From: an uncultured Chthoniobacterales bacterium
Lineage (GTDB): Bacteria > Verrucomicrobiota > Verrucomicrobiia > Chthoniobacterales > Terrimicrobiaceae
Reading direction: 5' to 3'
Length of the DNA stretch: 35,179 nucleotides
Assembly: GCA_964527025.1 (NCBI GenBank)
Contig: CAZGNH010000012.1
Span: 1-35,179, forward strand
In this document: one piece after another, positions 1-11,704 of the stretch
Layout: each line of letters begins with the position of its first letter
Numbering within the stretch: the stretch's first letter is position 1
Notes under the pieces: generated by a model
Told to the model about the DNA's origin: nothing
Seen by the model: only the letters and a program-made list of their open reading frames with translations
Database searches by the model: none
Made by a program: the position numbers and the translations under genes

Positions 1-1791
1 GTCGGCGGCGGCATGGCCGGGGTCTGCGCCGCCGTGGCGGCGGCACGGCGCGGAGCCAGGGTCGTGCTCATGCAGGATCGTCCGGTTCTCGGCGGCAACG
101 CCTCCGGCGAGATCGGCGTGCATATCCTCGGCGCGGATCGCAACGGTTTCATTCCTTATGCCCGGGAAACGGGTCTCCTTGAAGAGATCCAACTCGACAA
201 CCTCCGCCGCAACCGCCAGCACAGCCTGCAATTCTGGGATTTGGTGCTATACAACTTCGTGCGCTATACCCCGAACCTGGAGCTCCTGCTCAACTGCTCC
301 TGCCTCGATGCCTCGATGGACCCTTCGACAAGCTCAGGGCAGGTGGCCAGGCGGATTAAGAGCATCACGGGCTGGCAGCTCACCACCCAGACCTGGCACA
401 AGGTCGAGGCGAAAATCTTTGCCGATTGTTCGGGCGATGCCATTCTCTCGTCCCTGTCCGGCGCAGAGGTGCGGATGGGGCGGGAGCCACGGTCCGAATT
501 TGGTGAAAGTTTTGCCCCGGAGGAGGGCGACGATAAAACCATGGGTATGTGCTTCGGCTGGTACGCCCATGAGCACGACAAAGAGGTTCCTTTCGTGCCT
601 TTCGATTGGGCGCGGAAATTCGAGCACTGCCACGACCTGCCCTGGGGAGCCGACAACCACAAGGGTTTGAGCGCCAGCCCCTGGTGGGCCGAAATCGGTG
701 GAGAGTACCACAGCGTGCATGATACCGAGTTGCTTCGCGACGAGATCTTCGCCTTCAACCTGGGGCTCTGGGACCACATCAAGAACGGGAGCTGTGAACA
801 CCGCGAACGGGCGAAGAACTGGGGCATGGACCGGATCACCTTTGTCCCCGGGCGCCGCGAGAGCTACCGCTACGTGGGGTTGCACATGCTCAGCCAGAAC
901 GAGATTTCCGAGGGCGGCAACTTCGACGATGCCATCGGCCACGGCGGCTGGACCATGGACGACCACCACCCGAGCGGTGCCGACTCCTTCAAAAAGCACA
1001 ACGCCCCGCCGACCATCCATCACCCGGCCCCTTCGCCCTACGGATTCCCGTATCGGTCGCTGGTCGCCAAGGAGATCAAGAACCTGATGTTTGCCGGACG
1101 TGTGGCGAGCTGTTCCCACGTTGCCATGAGCAGCACGCGGGTCATGGGCACGTGCGCCATGATGGGGCAGGCGGTCGGCACCGCCGCCGCCCTGGCCGCC
1201 AGCAAGGGCCTCAGCCCAGCCGAGGTCCTGCCGCATATCCATCAATTGCAACAGCAGCTCCTTGAGGACGACGTTTTCATCCCCGGCCTCGCGCTCGAGA
1301 TGAGCGGGTTAACCAGAAGCGCCTCCCTTTCGGCCAGCCAGGGAAATCCCGAACCGGTGCGCGACGGCATCAATCGTCCGGTGTCCGCCGACCCTTTCGT
1401 CTGGCAGCACAAGCCCGCCTTCAGCAGGGCGACCGAGGAGGAATTGGCCGCCTTCGAGCGGCATAGCTGGCAGGCCCGGGCCGGCGACTGGATCGCCTAC
1501 AGCTTCGAGACGCCACGGGAGGTCGAACAAGTCACCCTCGTTCTCGACAGCAACTTGGAGCGGGGCTTCACACACCCCAACCGTGCCCAGGACCTGCCCC
1601 CGAATATGCCCAGGGCCTTCACCCTCGAGATCAAGGTCGGCGGCGCCTGGGAGACCTTCCACCGCGTCACCGAAAACCATCTCCGCCACATCAAAATCCC
1701 CGTGCGGAGAACCGTCGGGGGGATCCGCCTGACGATCGACGAACTCCACGCCGCCGAGACGACCGAGATCTACGGCTTCTATCTCCACTAA
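1..1791 (+). CDS. FAD-dependent oxidoreductase (FAD_oxidored/PF12831-like) with C-terminal discoidin-like beta-sandwich; 5' end cut by the window edge
   Basis: Frame 1 is open from nt 1: VGGGMAGVCAAVAAARRGARVVLMQDRPVLGGNASGE (GxGxxG Rossmann motif plus GGN). It shares the blocks ETGLLEEI, GGW(T/S)MDDHHP, SSTR(V/T)M and GQAVGTAAAL with the paralog at 18151-20490. No signal peptide can be assessed because the N-terminus is missing. Confidence 0.85.
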   Translation, partial: VGGGMAGVCAAVAAARRGARVVLMQDRPVLGGNASGEIGVHILGADRNGFIPYARETGLLEEIQLDNLRRNRQHSLQFWDLVLYNFVRYTPNLELLLNCSCLDASMDPSTSSGQVARRIKSITGWQLTTQTWHKVEAKIFADCSGDAILSSLSGAEVRMGREPRSEFGESFAPEEGDDKTMGMCFGWYAHEHDKEVPFVPFDWARKFEHCHDLPWGADNHKGLSASPWWAEIGGEYHSVHDTELLRDEIFAFNLGLWDHIKNGSCEHRERAKNWGMDRITFVPGRRESYRYVGLHMLSQNEISEGGNFDDAIGHGGWTMDDHHPSGADSFKKHNAPPTIHHPAPSPYGFPYRSLVAKEIKNLMFAGRVASCSHVAMSSTRVMGTCAMMGQAVGTAAALAASKGLSPAEVLPHIHQLQQQLLEDDVFIPGLALEMSGLTRSASLSASQGNPEPVRDGINRPVSADPFVWQHKPAFSRATEEELAAFERHSWQARAGDWIAYSFETPREVEQVTLVLDSNLERGFTHPNRAQDLPPNMPRAFTLEIKVGGAWETFHRVTENHLRHIKIPVRRTVGGIRLTIDELHAAETTEIYGFYLH

Positions 1792-1819
1792 ATCTTTTCC
1801 GCCACCAAGGAATAACCCG

Positions 1820-3337
<1,518 letters not shown>

Positions 3338-3389
3338 TCCAGCACGTTCACAGCCCATGAACCCCAACCAACCCAAGGAGAACCCAGCC

Positions 3390-4574
3390 ATGAACAAAAC
3401 ATCCATCCTGATCTGTGCCACCATCGCCCTCGGCATCGCATCTGCCGCCATGGCCGGGGAGAAGCTCCCGGACTTCCTTAACAAGGTCCAACTCCACAAT
3501 TTCGATGGCTACGAAATGACCCCGGACGGCGCGGGGGTGACCGTCTACCGCCTTCCCGCGGAAGTTCGCGCCGCCCTCAGCCCCGAGGGGGCGCGTCAGA
3601 TCACTCATGCCCGCAACAGCGAGATCCGCTTCGTTTTAAACGAGGGGGCGAAACTCGAAGACGTCGTCATCCATCTCAAGTCCAACCGCGCTTCACAGGT
3701 GATGTATTATCGCGGTGATGAATTGGTCGGCATGGTCCGCGGGATCCGGCCCCCGCGCCGCGGCAGCGGCGGCGAGGTGTATATCCCGCCCAGCATGCGC
3801 GAGACCTACCAGCTTACCAAGGACGACCTGCCCATCGAAGCTTCTTTGAGACCGGACGCAATTCCAGCCTTGCAGGGAGACGGCACCGCCAGCGCGGAAG
3901 CCGGGCCGAAAAGATTCTCTGAAGAGGTTCACAGGATCATGTTCCATGGCGGTGTCATCACTCTGACCGGGATCGAGGGGGATATCCGTCCTCCGCGCAA
4001 GGACGAGGTGCCGCCAATCCTCGTCAGTTATGGCACCTCGATCAGCATGGGCGCGGCTGCGACAAGTCCAGATCTTAGCTTTACTGCTCGCACCGCCCGG
4101 GATCTGGGGATGAGCCTTCGCAATCTCGGGGTCAGCGGCAGTGCGTTCTGCGAAGCCGAAATGGCCGACTACCTGGCGAAACAGCCCGGGGATCTTTTCC
4201 TCTTCGAGATCTCGGTGAATATGGTCGGCAATCGCTTCGAGGTTGACGAGTTCCGGAAACGCGCAGCCTACCTGATTGACACCGTCGCCAAGGCCCATCC
4301 CAAGACGCCGGTGGTCTGCATCAGCATCCTCCCGTATGGACAGGATCAGAACGAGAAGGCCGCCGCCCGTCCCCGGGAATTCCGCAAGGCGTTGGAGGAG
4401 ATCTGCCGGTCGACACCGCACAAGAACGTCCATTTCGTGGACGGCACGAAGCTCCTCAGTTTCGAAGGGCTGGCCAAGGACAACATCCACCCGACAGATG
4501 CCGGCCATGCCGAAATCGCCGCCAAGCTGGTCCCCCAAATTCAGCAGATCCTGAACCAGGAAAAAAAACCATGA
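3390..4574 (+). CDS. Secreted SGNH/GDSL-type hydrolase (putative carbohydrate esterase) with N-terminal beta-sandwich
   Basis: Signal peptide MNKTSILICATIALGIASAAMA. AAGGAG lies 9 nt upstream of the ATG at 3390; the tracked ORF start at 3357 lacks an RBS. SGNH blocks: YGTSIS (Ser), LGVSGS (Gly), VNMVGN (Asn), DNIHPTDAGH (Asp/His). Confidence 0.75.
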   Translation: MNKTSILICATIALGIASAAMAGEKLPDFLNKVQLHNFDGYEMTPDGAGVTVYRLPAEVRAALSPEGARQITHARNSEIRFVLNEGAKLEDVVIHLKSNRASQVMYYRGDELVGMVRGIRPPRRGSGGEVYIPPSMRETYQLTKDDLPIEASLRPDAIPALQGDGTASAEAGPKRFSEEVHRIMFHGGVITLTGIEGDIRPPRKDEVPPILVSYGTSISMGAAATSPDLSFTARTARDLGMSLRNLGVSGSAFCEAEMADYLAKQPGDLFLFEISVNMVGNRFEVDEFRKRAAYLIDTVAKAHPKTPVVCISILPYGQDQNEKAAARPREFRKALEEICRSTPHKNVHFVDGTKLLSFEGLAKDNIHPTDAGHAEIAAKLVPQIQQILNQEKKP

Positions 4575-6652
4575 ACAACCAAAGAACCCTCCGAACCCGC
4601 TGCGGGCGGTTGGCCCTCCCAATCGCCTTGCTCTTCTCGGCGCTTGTCACAGTGAATGCCGCCGCGGCGGAACTGACCCTGCCGCCCATCTTTGCCAATG
4701 AAATGATTTTGCAAAGGGACAAGCCGGTCAATATCTGGGGCCAGAGCTTCGCGGGCGACACGATCACCGTTTCCTTCGGGGACGCCTCGGTGGAGACGAC
4801 GGTGGAGAAGGAAGACTGGTCGGTCCAGCTACCCGCCATGCCGGCCAGCGCCGAGGGGCGCACGCTGACGGTGGCGGGCAGGGACGGGACCAAGTCCTTC
4901 ACCGACGTGCTGGTCGGCGAGGTCTGGCTGGCCGGCGGCCAGTCAAATATGTCCTGGCATATCCGTCAGGAAATCGACGACAAGACCTTCGACATGCTGC
5001 GGAACTACGATTTTGGCGGCCAGATCCGGGTTTACCAACAAGAGTTCTCCAAAGACGGGATCAAGACGGAGGGCTGGTTCAAAACCCACCCGCTGACGGA
5101 GCAACCCAAGGATCTTCAATGGTCTGTGGTGGGGCTGCACTTCGCCAAGTATTTGCATGAGCACCTCAAGGTCCCGGTGGCCATCGTGCAGGCCGCCACC
5201 GGCAACCTCTCCATACAATCCTTCATGACCGAGGAGGTCCTGGCCGCCTCGGGGCTGCCGGCGCACCCCAATTCGGGAACGGTGGATGTCCACACCACTG
5301 GCTTCAGTTATGATCGTTATGTGCGCGATGTGATCCCGTTTTCCGCCAGGGGCGCCCTGTGGGTGCACGGGGAGGCCAACGCCAGCCAATACGCTATCTA
5401 CGATCAACTTCTCCAGAAGCTGATCGCCGAATGGCGGGACAAGTCCGGCCAGGATCTGACCTTTCTCATCGCGCAATTGCCGAGTCATTCACAATTCTGG
5501 GACCGTCTCGACTACAAGGGAGGGATGAATTGGCGCTACATGCGGGAGGCCGTGACGAAGGCGGTCAAAAACACGTCCAACACCGCCGAGATCGTCACGA
5601 TCGACGCCATGTTCGAGTGGTTCAACATCCACCCGACCGACAAGAAGCCCATCGGCGACCGCTTCGGATTGGCCGCGCGGGCCGTGGCCTACGGCGAGGA
5701 GGTCCTCTACAAAAGCCCCTCCTACAAAAGCCACACCGTCAATGATGACACCGTAACCATCGAGTTCCACGACGCCCCGAACGGGCTCAAGGTGGACGGC
5801 TATTACACGCAGTCCGTGGTCAATGGGTTCATGCTGGCTGGAGACGACCTCAAGTTTCGCAATGCGACCGCCACCATTGTGAACGGCAACCAGATCCAGG
5901 TCCGTTCGCCGGACGTGCCCAACCCCGTCCACATCCGCTACAACTTCATCCAGGCCCCGCAGTCGAACCTGTGCAGCACCGAAGGCTTGCCGGTCAATCC
6001 TTTCCGCACCGACACGTTTGCCGGACCCGCGCAGCCGCCCGGCGGGGACAACCAGACCTTCCTTCCGGATCCGACTCCGCCCGTGCCCGCGGGGCAGACG
6101 CAACTCGCGGTGGTTGTTTCCGCGGACGCCAATGTGGAGATGAAGGGGCAGGCTGACAAAACCTGGGACGGGGCAGATTTGATGATCGGGGCAAATTTTA
6201 TCAGCTATCTCAAGTTCCCGTTGGACTCGCTTCCGGCCGGCGCGGTGGTCCAGTCCGTCACCTTGCGGATGTATGACAATCAAAACCAAGTGCAGGCCAA
6301 AGGCTCCAACAGCTTCGATGTCTTCCGGGTCACCGAGCCCTGGGATGAGGCCACGGTCACGGGCAACACACGGCCGGCCCATGACACCAACCAGGTGTTC
6401 GCCCGGCACCAACAAAAGGGCAATTACAAAAACGGCCGCGCTGCGGATTTCCCGCTCGATCCCGCGATGTTCTCCGGGGGCAACGGCGAATATTCCATGG
6501 CCCTCGTGCACACGGGGACCAGTTGGCGGAATCACGTTTCGTTCTTTGACAGCAAAGACTCGGTGGATGGGGCGGTGCAGGCAGTGGCCGGAAGATCGAT
6601 CGCGCCCACACTCTTCATCAACTACACCGTGCCGGCCGCGTCCCGGCAATAA
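4571..6652 (+). CDS. Secreted SASA/sialate-O-acetylesterase-family carbohydrate esterase with Pro-rich linker and C-terminal DNRLRE/CBM96-like beta-sandwich
   Basis: Signal peptide ...ALVTVNAAAAE. GEVWLAGGQSNM (Ser nucleophile block) and NIHPTDKKPIG (His block). Linker PAQPPGGDNQTFLPDPTPPVPAG. C-terminal YLKFPLDSLPAGAVVQSVTLRMYDNQNQ ... FRVTEPWDEATVTGNTRP. The start overlaps the upstream stop (ATGA). Confidence 0.85.
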   Translation: MNNQRTLRTRCGRLALPIALLFSALVTVNAAAAELTLPPIFANEMILQRDKPVNIWGQSFAGDTITVSFGDASVETTVEKEDWSVQLPAMPASAEGRTLTVAGRDGTKSFTDVLVGEVWLAGGQSNMSWHIRQEIDDKTFDMLRNYDFGGQIRVYQQEFSKDGIKTEGWFKTHPLTEQPKDLQWSVVGLHFAKYLHEHLKVPVAIVQAATGNLSIQSFMTEEVLAASGLPAHPNSGTVDVHTTGFSYDRYVRDVIPFSARGALWVHGEANASQYAIYDQLLQKLIAEWRDKSGQDLTFLIAQLPSHSQFWDRLDYKGGMNWRYMREAVTKAVKNTSNTAEIVTIDAMFEWFNIHPTDKKPIGDRFGLAARAVAYGEEVLYKSPSYKSHTVNDDTVTIEFHDAPNGLKVDGYYTQSVVNGFMLAGDDLKFRNATATIVNGNQIQVRSPDVPNPVHIRYNFIQAPQSNLCSTEGLPVNPFRTDTFAGPAQPPGGDNQTFLPDPTPPVPAGQTQLAVVVSADANVEMKGQADKTWDGADLMIGANFISYLKFPLDSLPAGAVVQSVTLRMYDNQNQVQAKGSNSFDVFRVTEPWDEATVTGNTRPAHDTNQVFARHQQKGNYKNGRAADFPLDPAMFSGGNGEYSMALVHTGTSWRNHVSFFDSKDSVDGAVQAVAGRSIAPTLFINYTVPAASRQ
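4670..6635 (+). repeat. Left arm of a ~2 kb inverted paralogous repeat (partner 25720-27674)
   Basis: Nt 4673-4742 equal the reverse complement of nt 27605-27674 exactly (70 nt). The 48-nt run GACAAGTCCGGCCAGGATCTGACCTTTCTCATCGCGCAATTGCCGAGT (near 5440) is also identical in the partner (near 26865-26912). Confidence 0.9.
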
Positions 6653-6691
6653 CCTGTGCGCCATCGTCGCCTACAATCCAAGAAAGACACC

Positions 6692-8176
6692 ATGAAAAAT
6701 ACCGCCATCGCCGTTCTCGCCGTCCTTATCATCCTGTGCCCCGCCGCCCGCGCCGACGATGCCCTTTGGCTGCCGGGCATGTTCGGGGACAACATGGTTC
6801 TGCAGCGGGAGATGCCCGTGCCGGTGTGGGGCCGCGCCGCACCGGGCGCGCCGGTGTCCGTGACGTTGTCTGACGGTGAAACGAAGTTGGCCGGGGGCGA
6901 AACCGTGGCGGCGGCTGACACCGGCCGCTGGCGGGTGGACCTGCCCGCGCTGACCGCCGGCGAGGGCCGGCGGTTGGTGGTCGAATCCGGGGATCTGTCG
7001 CGCACCTTCGAAAATGTCATGGTCGGGGAGGTATGGATTGCGTGCGGACAGTCGAACATGGGCATGAACGTGGGCAGCTCCGCCGAGCGCGAAGACGCGG
7101 CGACACACCGCAGCGAGTATCCGATGATCCGTTTTGTCTCCGCGGATCGCGGCGGAAAAACCCACGAGATCACGGAGCCGCAGGACGACGTGGGCGGCGG
7201 CAAATGGCAAAACACCGCCCAAAATGTCGGATCCCCCTCCGCCGTGGGATATTTCTTTGCCCGGGAACTGGCGCGCTGGTTCGACCGCAAGGTGCCCGTG
7301 GGCATCATTTCCCTGGTCGCCATCCTGCCCGTGGAGAGCTGGGTGGATGAGCCCGAAATCGATGCCACACCCGAACTGACATCTCTCAAAGGCAAGCCGT
7401 ATCCCAGCGCAACGGGCCGATCTTTCAAGGCCAACATCGCTCCCCTGGCACCCTATGCCGTGCGCGGGGTGGTCTATTACCAAGGGGAAATGAATGGCGG
7501 CAACGGCCCGGGCTTTTATCATGGCCTCAAGGCCTTGATGGCCAGCTGGCGCAGGGTCTGGAACAACCCGGAAATGCCCTTCCTCGTGGTCCAACTCCCG
7601 GGCCACATCCAACACCAGGGGGGGAAGACGGAATTGGACATGGACGCGGCCTCCCTCGCTGAATTCGACGGGCGCAACCAGAACCACGGATTTATCCCCG
7701 TCCGCGAAGCCCTCCTCCGTGCCAGCCGCGAAGATCCCCGTCTTGGCATGGCCGTGACTCTCGACCTGGGCGAAAAATTCGACATCCATCCGCCGCGCAA
7801 GCGGGCGGTGGGCGAGCGCCTGGCCCTGCAGGCGCGCAAAATCGTCTACGGCGATACGGAGGTGGTGGCCGACAGCCCGGTGCCGCGTGATTTCCGCCGC
7901 GAGGGTGATGCATTTATCGTCAGTTTCGACGGGGTGGGGGGAGGTCTGGCGGCCCGCGAAGAGCTGAAGGGCTTCGAGGTTGCCGATGCCGCTGGCGCGT
8001 GGCATCCGGCGGAAGCGGTCATTCGCGGTGACACCCTCGAGGTCCGGGCGACGAAGGTGCCGGAACCGGCCGGTGTCCGCTACGCCTGGCTCGGCTACCC
8101 GGAGGTCACCCTCTTTAACAAAGAAGGCCTCCCGGCCTCGCCCTTCCAGTTTCCCCCAGCGGAAAATTTCAGATGA
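6692..8176 (+). CDS. Secreted SASA-family O-acetylesterase
   Basis: Signal peptide MKNTAIAVLAVLIILCPAARA (ATG 6692 preferred over 6656). GEVWIACGQSNM, YYQGEMN and FDIHPPRKRAVGERLA blocks. About half identical by eye to 11705-13255. Confidence 0.85.
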   Translation: MKNTAIAVLAVLIILCPAARADDALWLPGMFGDNMVLQREMPVPVWGRAAPGAPVSVTLSDGETKLAGGETVAAADTGRWRVDLPALTAGEGRRLVVESGDLSRTFENVMVGEVWIACGQSNMGMNVGSSAEREDAATHRSEYPMIRFVSADRGGKTHEITEPQDDVGGGKWQNTAQNVGSPSAVGYFFARELARWFDRKVPVGIISLVAILPVESWVDEPEIDATPELTSLKGKPYPSATGRSFKANIAPLAPYAVRGVVYYQGEMNGGNGPGFYHGLKALMASWRRVWNNPEMPFLVVQLPGHIQHQGGKTELDMDAASLAEFDGRNQNHGFIPVREALLRASREDPRLGMAVTLDLGEKFDIHPPRKRAVGERLALQARKIVYGDTEVVADSPVPRDFRREGDAFIVSFDGVGGGLAAREELKGFEVADAAGAWHPAEAVIRGDTLEVRATKVPEPAGVRYAWLGYPEVTLFNKEGLPASPFQFPPAENFR

Positions 8177-9603
8177 AACCCCGCCCCAATGTCGTGTTTC
8201 TTTTTTCCGACCAGCACCGGGCCGATGCCCTGGGCTGTGCGGGGCATCCGGTGGTCAAGACACCGAATCTTGACCGGCTGGCGTCCAGCGGCGTGCGTTT
8301 CGAAAGGACCTTTACGCCGGTGCCGATCTGCCATCCCTGCCGCTCGGCGCTGATGACGGGGCGGCACGCGCATCGGTGCTGCGATCTGACCAAGCCCGGG
8401 CAGCTCGTGGACTTGTCGCTGCCGAACCTAGGCACAATCTTCCGGCAGGCGGGATACGCGACTGCGGCCTTCGGCAAGATGCATGTGGAAGGCGAGGATG
8501 ACGATCACGACCTCGGGTTCGACGAGCGGGCGCTGCGCCTCTACACCCCGATGAAGAACGACTACCAGCACACCATCGGTCTGGAGAAGTTCTGGCAGTA
8601 TTGCAGCTACCTGCCGCAATACCGGCCGCACCCCGAGGCCCGGGAGCGCCACAGCTACAACCTGAAGAACGAGCCGATCCAGCTCGAGGAGGAGCTCATC
8701 CTCGACCGCATGACCGCCGACCGATCCATCGCGTTTCTCCGGCAGCACCGGGAAGACCCGTTCTTCCTTTATGTGGGACTGGAGAAGCCGCACAATGAAA
8801 TGTATGCCCCGAAGCGCTTCCACGATCTTTATGATCCCGCGAAAATGGAGCTTCCGGAGAACCGGCATTTCGACCGCCGCCGCCTGCCCGATACCATTTA
8901 CGACAACCCCGGCTTCCCCATCACCGACGGCTTGACCGGCGACCAGATGCGCCACGCCACGGCGGCTTACTACGCCAACGTCAGTTACATGGACGAGCAG
9001 GCCGGGCGGGTGCTGGACGCGCTCGACGAGTTGGGACTCGCGGACAACACCATCGTGGTCTACTCCTCCGACCACGGCGAACATCTCTTCAGCCACCAGA
9101 TGGTTCATAAGATGTGCTTCTTCGAGGAGGCGGTGCGCGTCCCCCTGATCCTGCGCATTCCCGGGGTGACCGAAGCGGGAACGATACGACCCCAGTTCGC
9201 CAGCCTGCTCGACCTATTCCCCACCTTCTGCGACGCCTGCGGCATCGCTCCGCCCGAAGGCCTCGATGGAGTATCCCTGCTGCCAACCATAAGCGACAAC
9301 GCCCCGCTGCGCGACGCCGTTTTCAGCGAGTTCTACTCCGCCGGCACACCCGAGCGCATGATCCGCACCGACAGATGGAAATATGTCCACAGCCACGGCG
9401 ATCTGCACCAGCTCTACGATCTCGACAACGATCCCCACGAAAACATGAACCTGATCGATGACCCTGCTCATGCCGGGATCGCGAAGGAACTCGACGAACT
9501 CGTCTGCCGCGACTGGCAGATCCCCGACACCTCCGCCGTCCCCAGGCGCCGGGGTGACACCCGCCCGGGGCAGCGACACCACAAGCAGGAAACCAAAATG
9601 TGA
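8173..9603 (+). CDS. Formylglycine-dependent sulfatase, no signal peptide
   Basis: NVVFLFSDQHRAD. CxPxR in PICHPCRSALMTGRH. YSSDHGEHLF. The start overlaps the upstream stop (ATGA at 8173-8176). Confidence 0.9.
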   Translation: MKPRPNVVFLFSDQHRADALGCAGHPVVKTPNLDRLASSGVRFERTFTPVPICHPCRSALMTGRHAHRCCDLTKPGQLVDLSLPNLGTIFRQAGYATAAFGKMHVEGEDDDHDLGFDERALRLYTPMKNDYQHTIGLEKFWQYCSYLPQYRPHPEARERHSYNLKNEPIQLEEELILDRMTADRSIAFLRQHREDPFFLYVGLEKPHNEMYAPKRFHDLYDPAKMELPENRHFDRRRLPDTIYDNPGFPITDGLTGDQMRHATAAYYANVSYMDEQAGRVLDALDELGLADNTIVVYSSDHGEHLFSHQMVHKMCFFEEAVRVPLILRIPGVTEAGTIRPQFASLLDLFPTFCDACGIAPPEGLDGVSLLPTISDNAPLRDAVFSEFYSAGTPERMIRTDRWKYVHSHGDLHQLYDLDNDPHENMNLIDDPAHAGIAKELDELVCRDWQIPDTSAVPRRRGDTRPGQRHHKQETKM

Positions 9604-9619
9604 TAGACACCAATCATTT

Positions 9620-11695
9620 ATGAGATCAAGGACAAGGGCCCCGCTCGACACACAGGCTCTGCACCTGCCACCGCTGACGGCGCGCAGCCGCAACCTGGTG
9701 CGTTTCGCCCGCCACCTGCCGATCGAGACGATGGACGAGAGCTTCGCCGGTGATTACGCCTTCCGCGACGCGGGCAGCCGCTTTTCGCTGCTGAAAAGCC
9801 CGAAGACGCTCCCGGGGCCGGATGAATGCTTCGGCGTCTTTGCCCGCGACGCGCGTCCGCTCTTCCGCGAGCTGCTCGGGCTCGAGCTGGGCTATCCGGG
9901 ACTCGATGCCGTCCGGGCCGCCAAGCTCTGCGGCTACAATGCCATGAGCTACTACCGCTCGCACGTGGTCGAGTATTTCTGCCACAACGGAATCGAGCCC
10001 ATGCCGCCGGTCGAGGGGGAATGTGTCTTCTGGTTCGCCGCCGCCGATGTGTTGCGCATCCGCTACCGCCTCTGGAACAAGGGCCCCTCGGAGATGCCGG
10101 TGCAACTGGCGTGGCACAGCGAGAGCGAACCGGGCGACGGTGCCCAGGCGGAGAGCACGGAGCGCGGATGGTGCTTCAGCGCCCGGCAACATGTCGGCCC
10201 GGTCGCCTACAGCCACCGCGGCGAACTCCTGGCCGAAGAAGAAGACCTCGTCTTCCGGGCGGACGGCGACGGAATCGGCAGCGCGCCCGTGACCCGCACG
10301 CTGCCCCCCGGCGGCGTCGCCACTTTCTCGTTCGCCCTGCGCTTCGCCTTCAACGACGAGGCCTTCCCCGACTGGCCCACGGATCTCTGGGAAGACCAGA
10401 GCCTGGAGCGGGCCATCGCCGGGGCCGAGCGCGCCTACGAGGCAGTCGGCCCGATCGTGGAAGCCTCCCCGCGCCACGGCGACCTCGTGCTCAAGGCCGC
10501 CGGCACGCTCCGCAGTCTGCGCTTCCTCGACCGCGACCCGCAGGGCGAGTCCGTCATGACCATCCACGCCGGCAAGACCGGCTGCGCCGCCACCTACTTC
10601 TGGGATAGCGGCGTCACCCTGCCGGCCCTGGGCCTGATGGAGGAACGCGAGACTGGCTCCGGCGCACTTCGGCTGCTCACCCGGGGGATTGCCGACGACG
10701 GAAAGGCGGCCGTGACCTACGAGAACCAGACCTACTGCGATCACGGCTACCAGATGCCGATCCTCGCCTGGGGCGCGGGGCATTACCTGACGCAGGCGGG
10801 CGACGCCGACTTGCTGCGCGAGATCTACGCCCCGCTGGCCCGCTACGTGCGGCACTGGATGGACACCTTCCTCACCAAATGGGGACTGGTGATCCATCCT
10901 CCGGGTTGCTCCTGTCTGGACGATGCCGTGCGCTGGCACAGCGGGTCGCCCTTGTCCGGTCGCCCCGGACAGCCCTGGTATGAGCAAGTTTGGGGACAGA
11001 TGAGCCCCACCGCCTTTGTCGCCCCCGATATCAACGCGTTTCTCGTTCTGGAATGTCGCACCCTGGCGGCCATGGCGCGGCAGCTCGGCAAGTCCGACGA
11101 CGCGACCGCCTGGCTGGCCATGGCCGACGAACTGGCCGCCGCCATCAATCAGTGGCTGCTCGAGCCGGAGACCGGCACCTATCAGGACCGCCACATCGAG
11201 AGCGGCGTCTTCAATGGCATGGTCAGTCTGGCCAGTTTCATTCCGGTCTATGCCGGCATCGCCCCGCCGGATATCGCGGAACACCTCTGCCGCGACTATC
11301 TGCTCTCCCCGGATCATTTCCTCACCGACTTGCCTTTCCCGGTGATCGACTGTGCGCATCCTACCTTCCGCAGTGGCGGTTTTCTGCACACGCCGCCCGA
11401 GTATCCGGATGCGCTGGTGCAGCACTCCTACTGGCGTGGACGCACCTGGATTCACGGCAACAACTGGTACCTGGGCGCGCTCTGGCAGAGCGGGTTCCGG
11501 CAGGAGGCCGACGAACTCGCCGACCGCATCCTCACCGCTGTCAGCCGCAGCGAGGGCATCAACGAATGCTACGACAGCCTCACCGGCTTCGGCACCGGCC
11601 ACCCGGAGTTTATGTGGAGTTCCGCCGCCGTCTTGATGATGGCCGATGGCTTCTATCGCCGGCCGCCGGTCGCGGAGCTGGAAGCGGGCGGATAA
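9620..11695 (+). CDS. (alpha/alpha)6-barrel glycoside hydrolase, GH63/GH37/MGH1-like
   Basis: CAATYFWDSGVTLPALGLM, YWRGRTWIHGNNWYLGALW and GINECYDSLTGFGTGHPEFMWSSAAV resemble clan GH-G signatures. The tracked start at 9458 overlaps the sulfatase and encodes low-complexity sequence, so ATG 9620 is more plausible (ATG 9731 is an alternative). No signal peptide. Confidence 0.6.
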   Translation: MRSRTRAPLDTQALHLPPLTARSRNLVRFARHLPIETMDESFAGDYAFRDAGSRFSLLKSPKTLPGPDECFGVFARDARPLFRELLGLELGYPGLDAVRAAKLCGYNAMSYYRSHVVEYFCHNGIEPMPPVEGECVFWFAAADVLRIRYRLWNKGPSEMPVQLAWHSESEPGDGAQAESTERGWCFSARQHVGPVAYSHRGELLAEEEDLVFRADGDGIGSAPVTRTLPPGGVATFSFALRFAFNDEAFPDWPTDLWEDQSLERAIAGAERAYEAVGPIVEASPRHGDLVLKAAGTLRSLRFLDRDPQGESVMTIHAGKTGCAATYFWDSGVTLPALGLMEERETGSGALRLLTRGIADDGKAAVTYENQTYCDHGYQMPILAWGAGHYLTQAGDADLLREIYAPLARYVRHWMDTFLTKWGLVIHPPGCSCLDDAVRWHSGSPLSGRPGQPWYEQVWGQMSPTAFVAPDINAFLVLECRTLAAMARQLGKSDDATAWLAMADELAAAINQWLLEPETGTYQDRHIESGVFNGMVSLASFIPVYAGIAPPDIAEHLCRDYLLSPDHFLTDLPFPVIDCAHPTFRSGGFLHTPPEYPDALVQHSYWRGRTWIHGNNWYLGALWQSGFRQEADELADRILTAVSRSEGINECYDSLTGFGTGHPEFMWSSAAVLMMADGFYRRPPVAELEAGG

Positions 11696-11704
11696 ACAAG
11701 GATA

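Noticed and set aside
9458-9619. Upstream extension of the glycoside hydrolase ORF that overlaps the sulfatase 3' end by 146 nt
   Set aside because: The extension encodes Ser/Thr/Pro/Arg low-complexity sequence in an alternative frame of the sulfatase. ATG 9620 lies 16 nt after the sulfatase stop and is the more plausible start.
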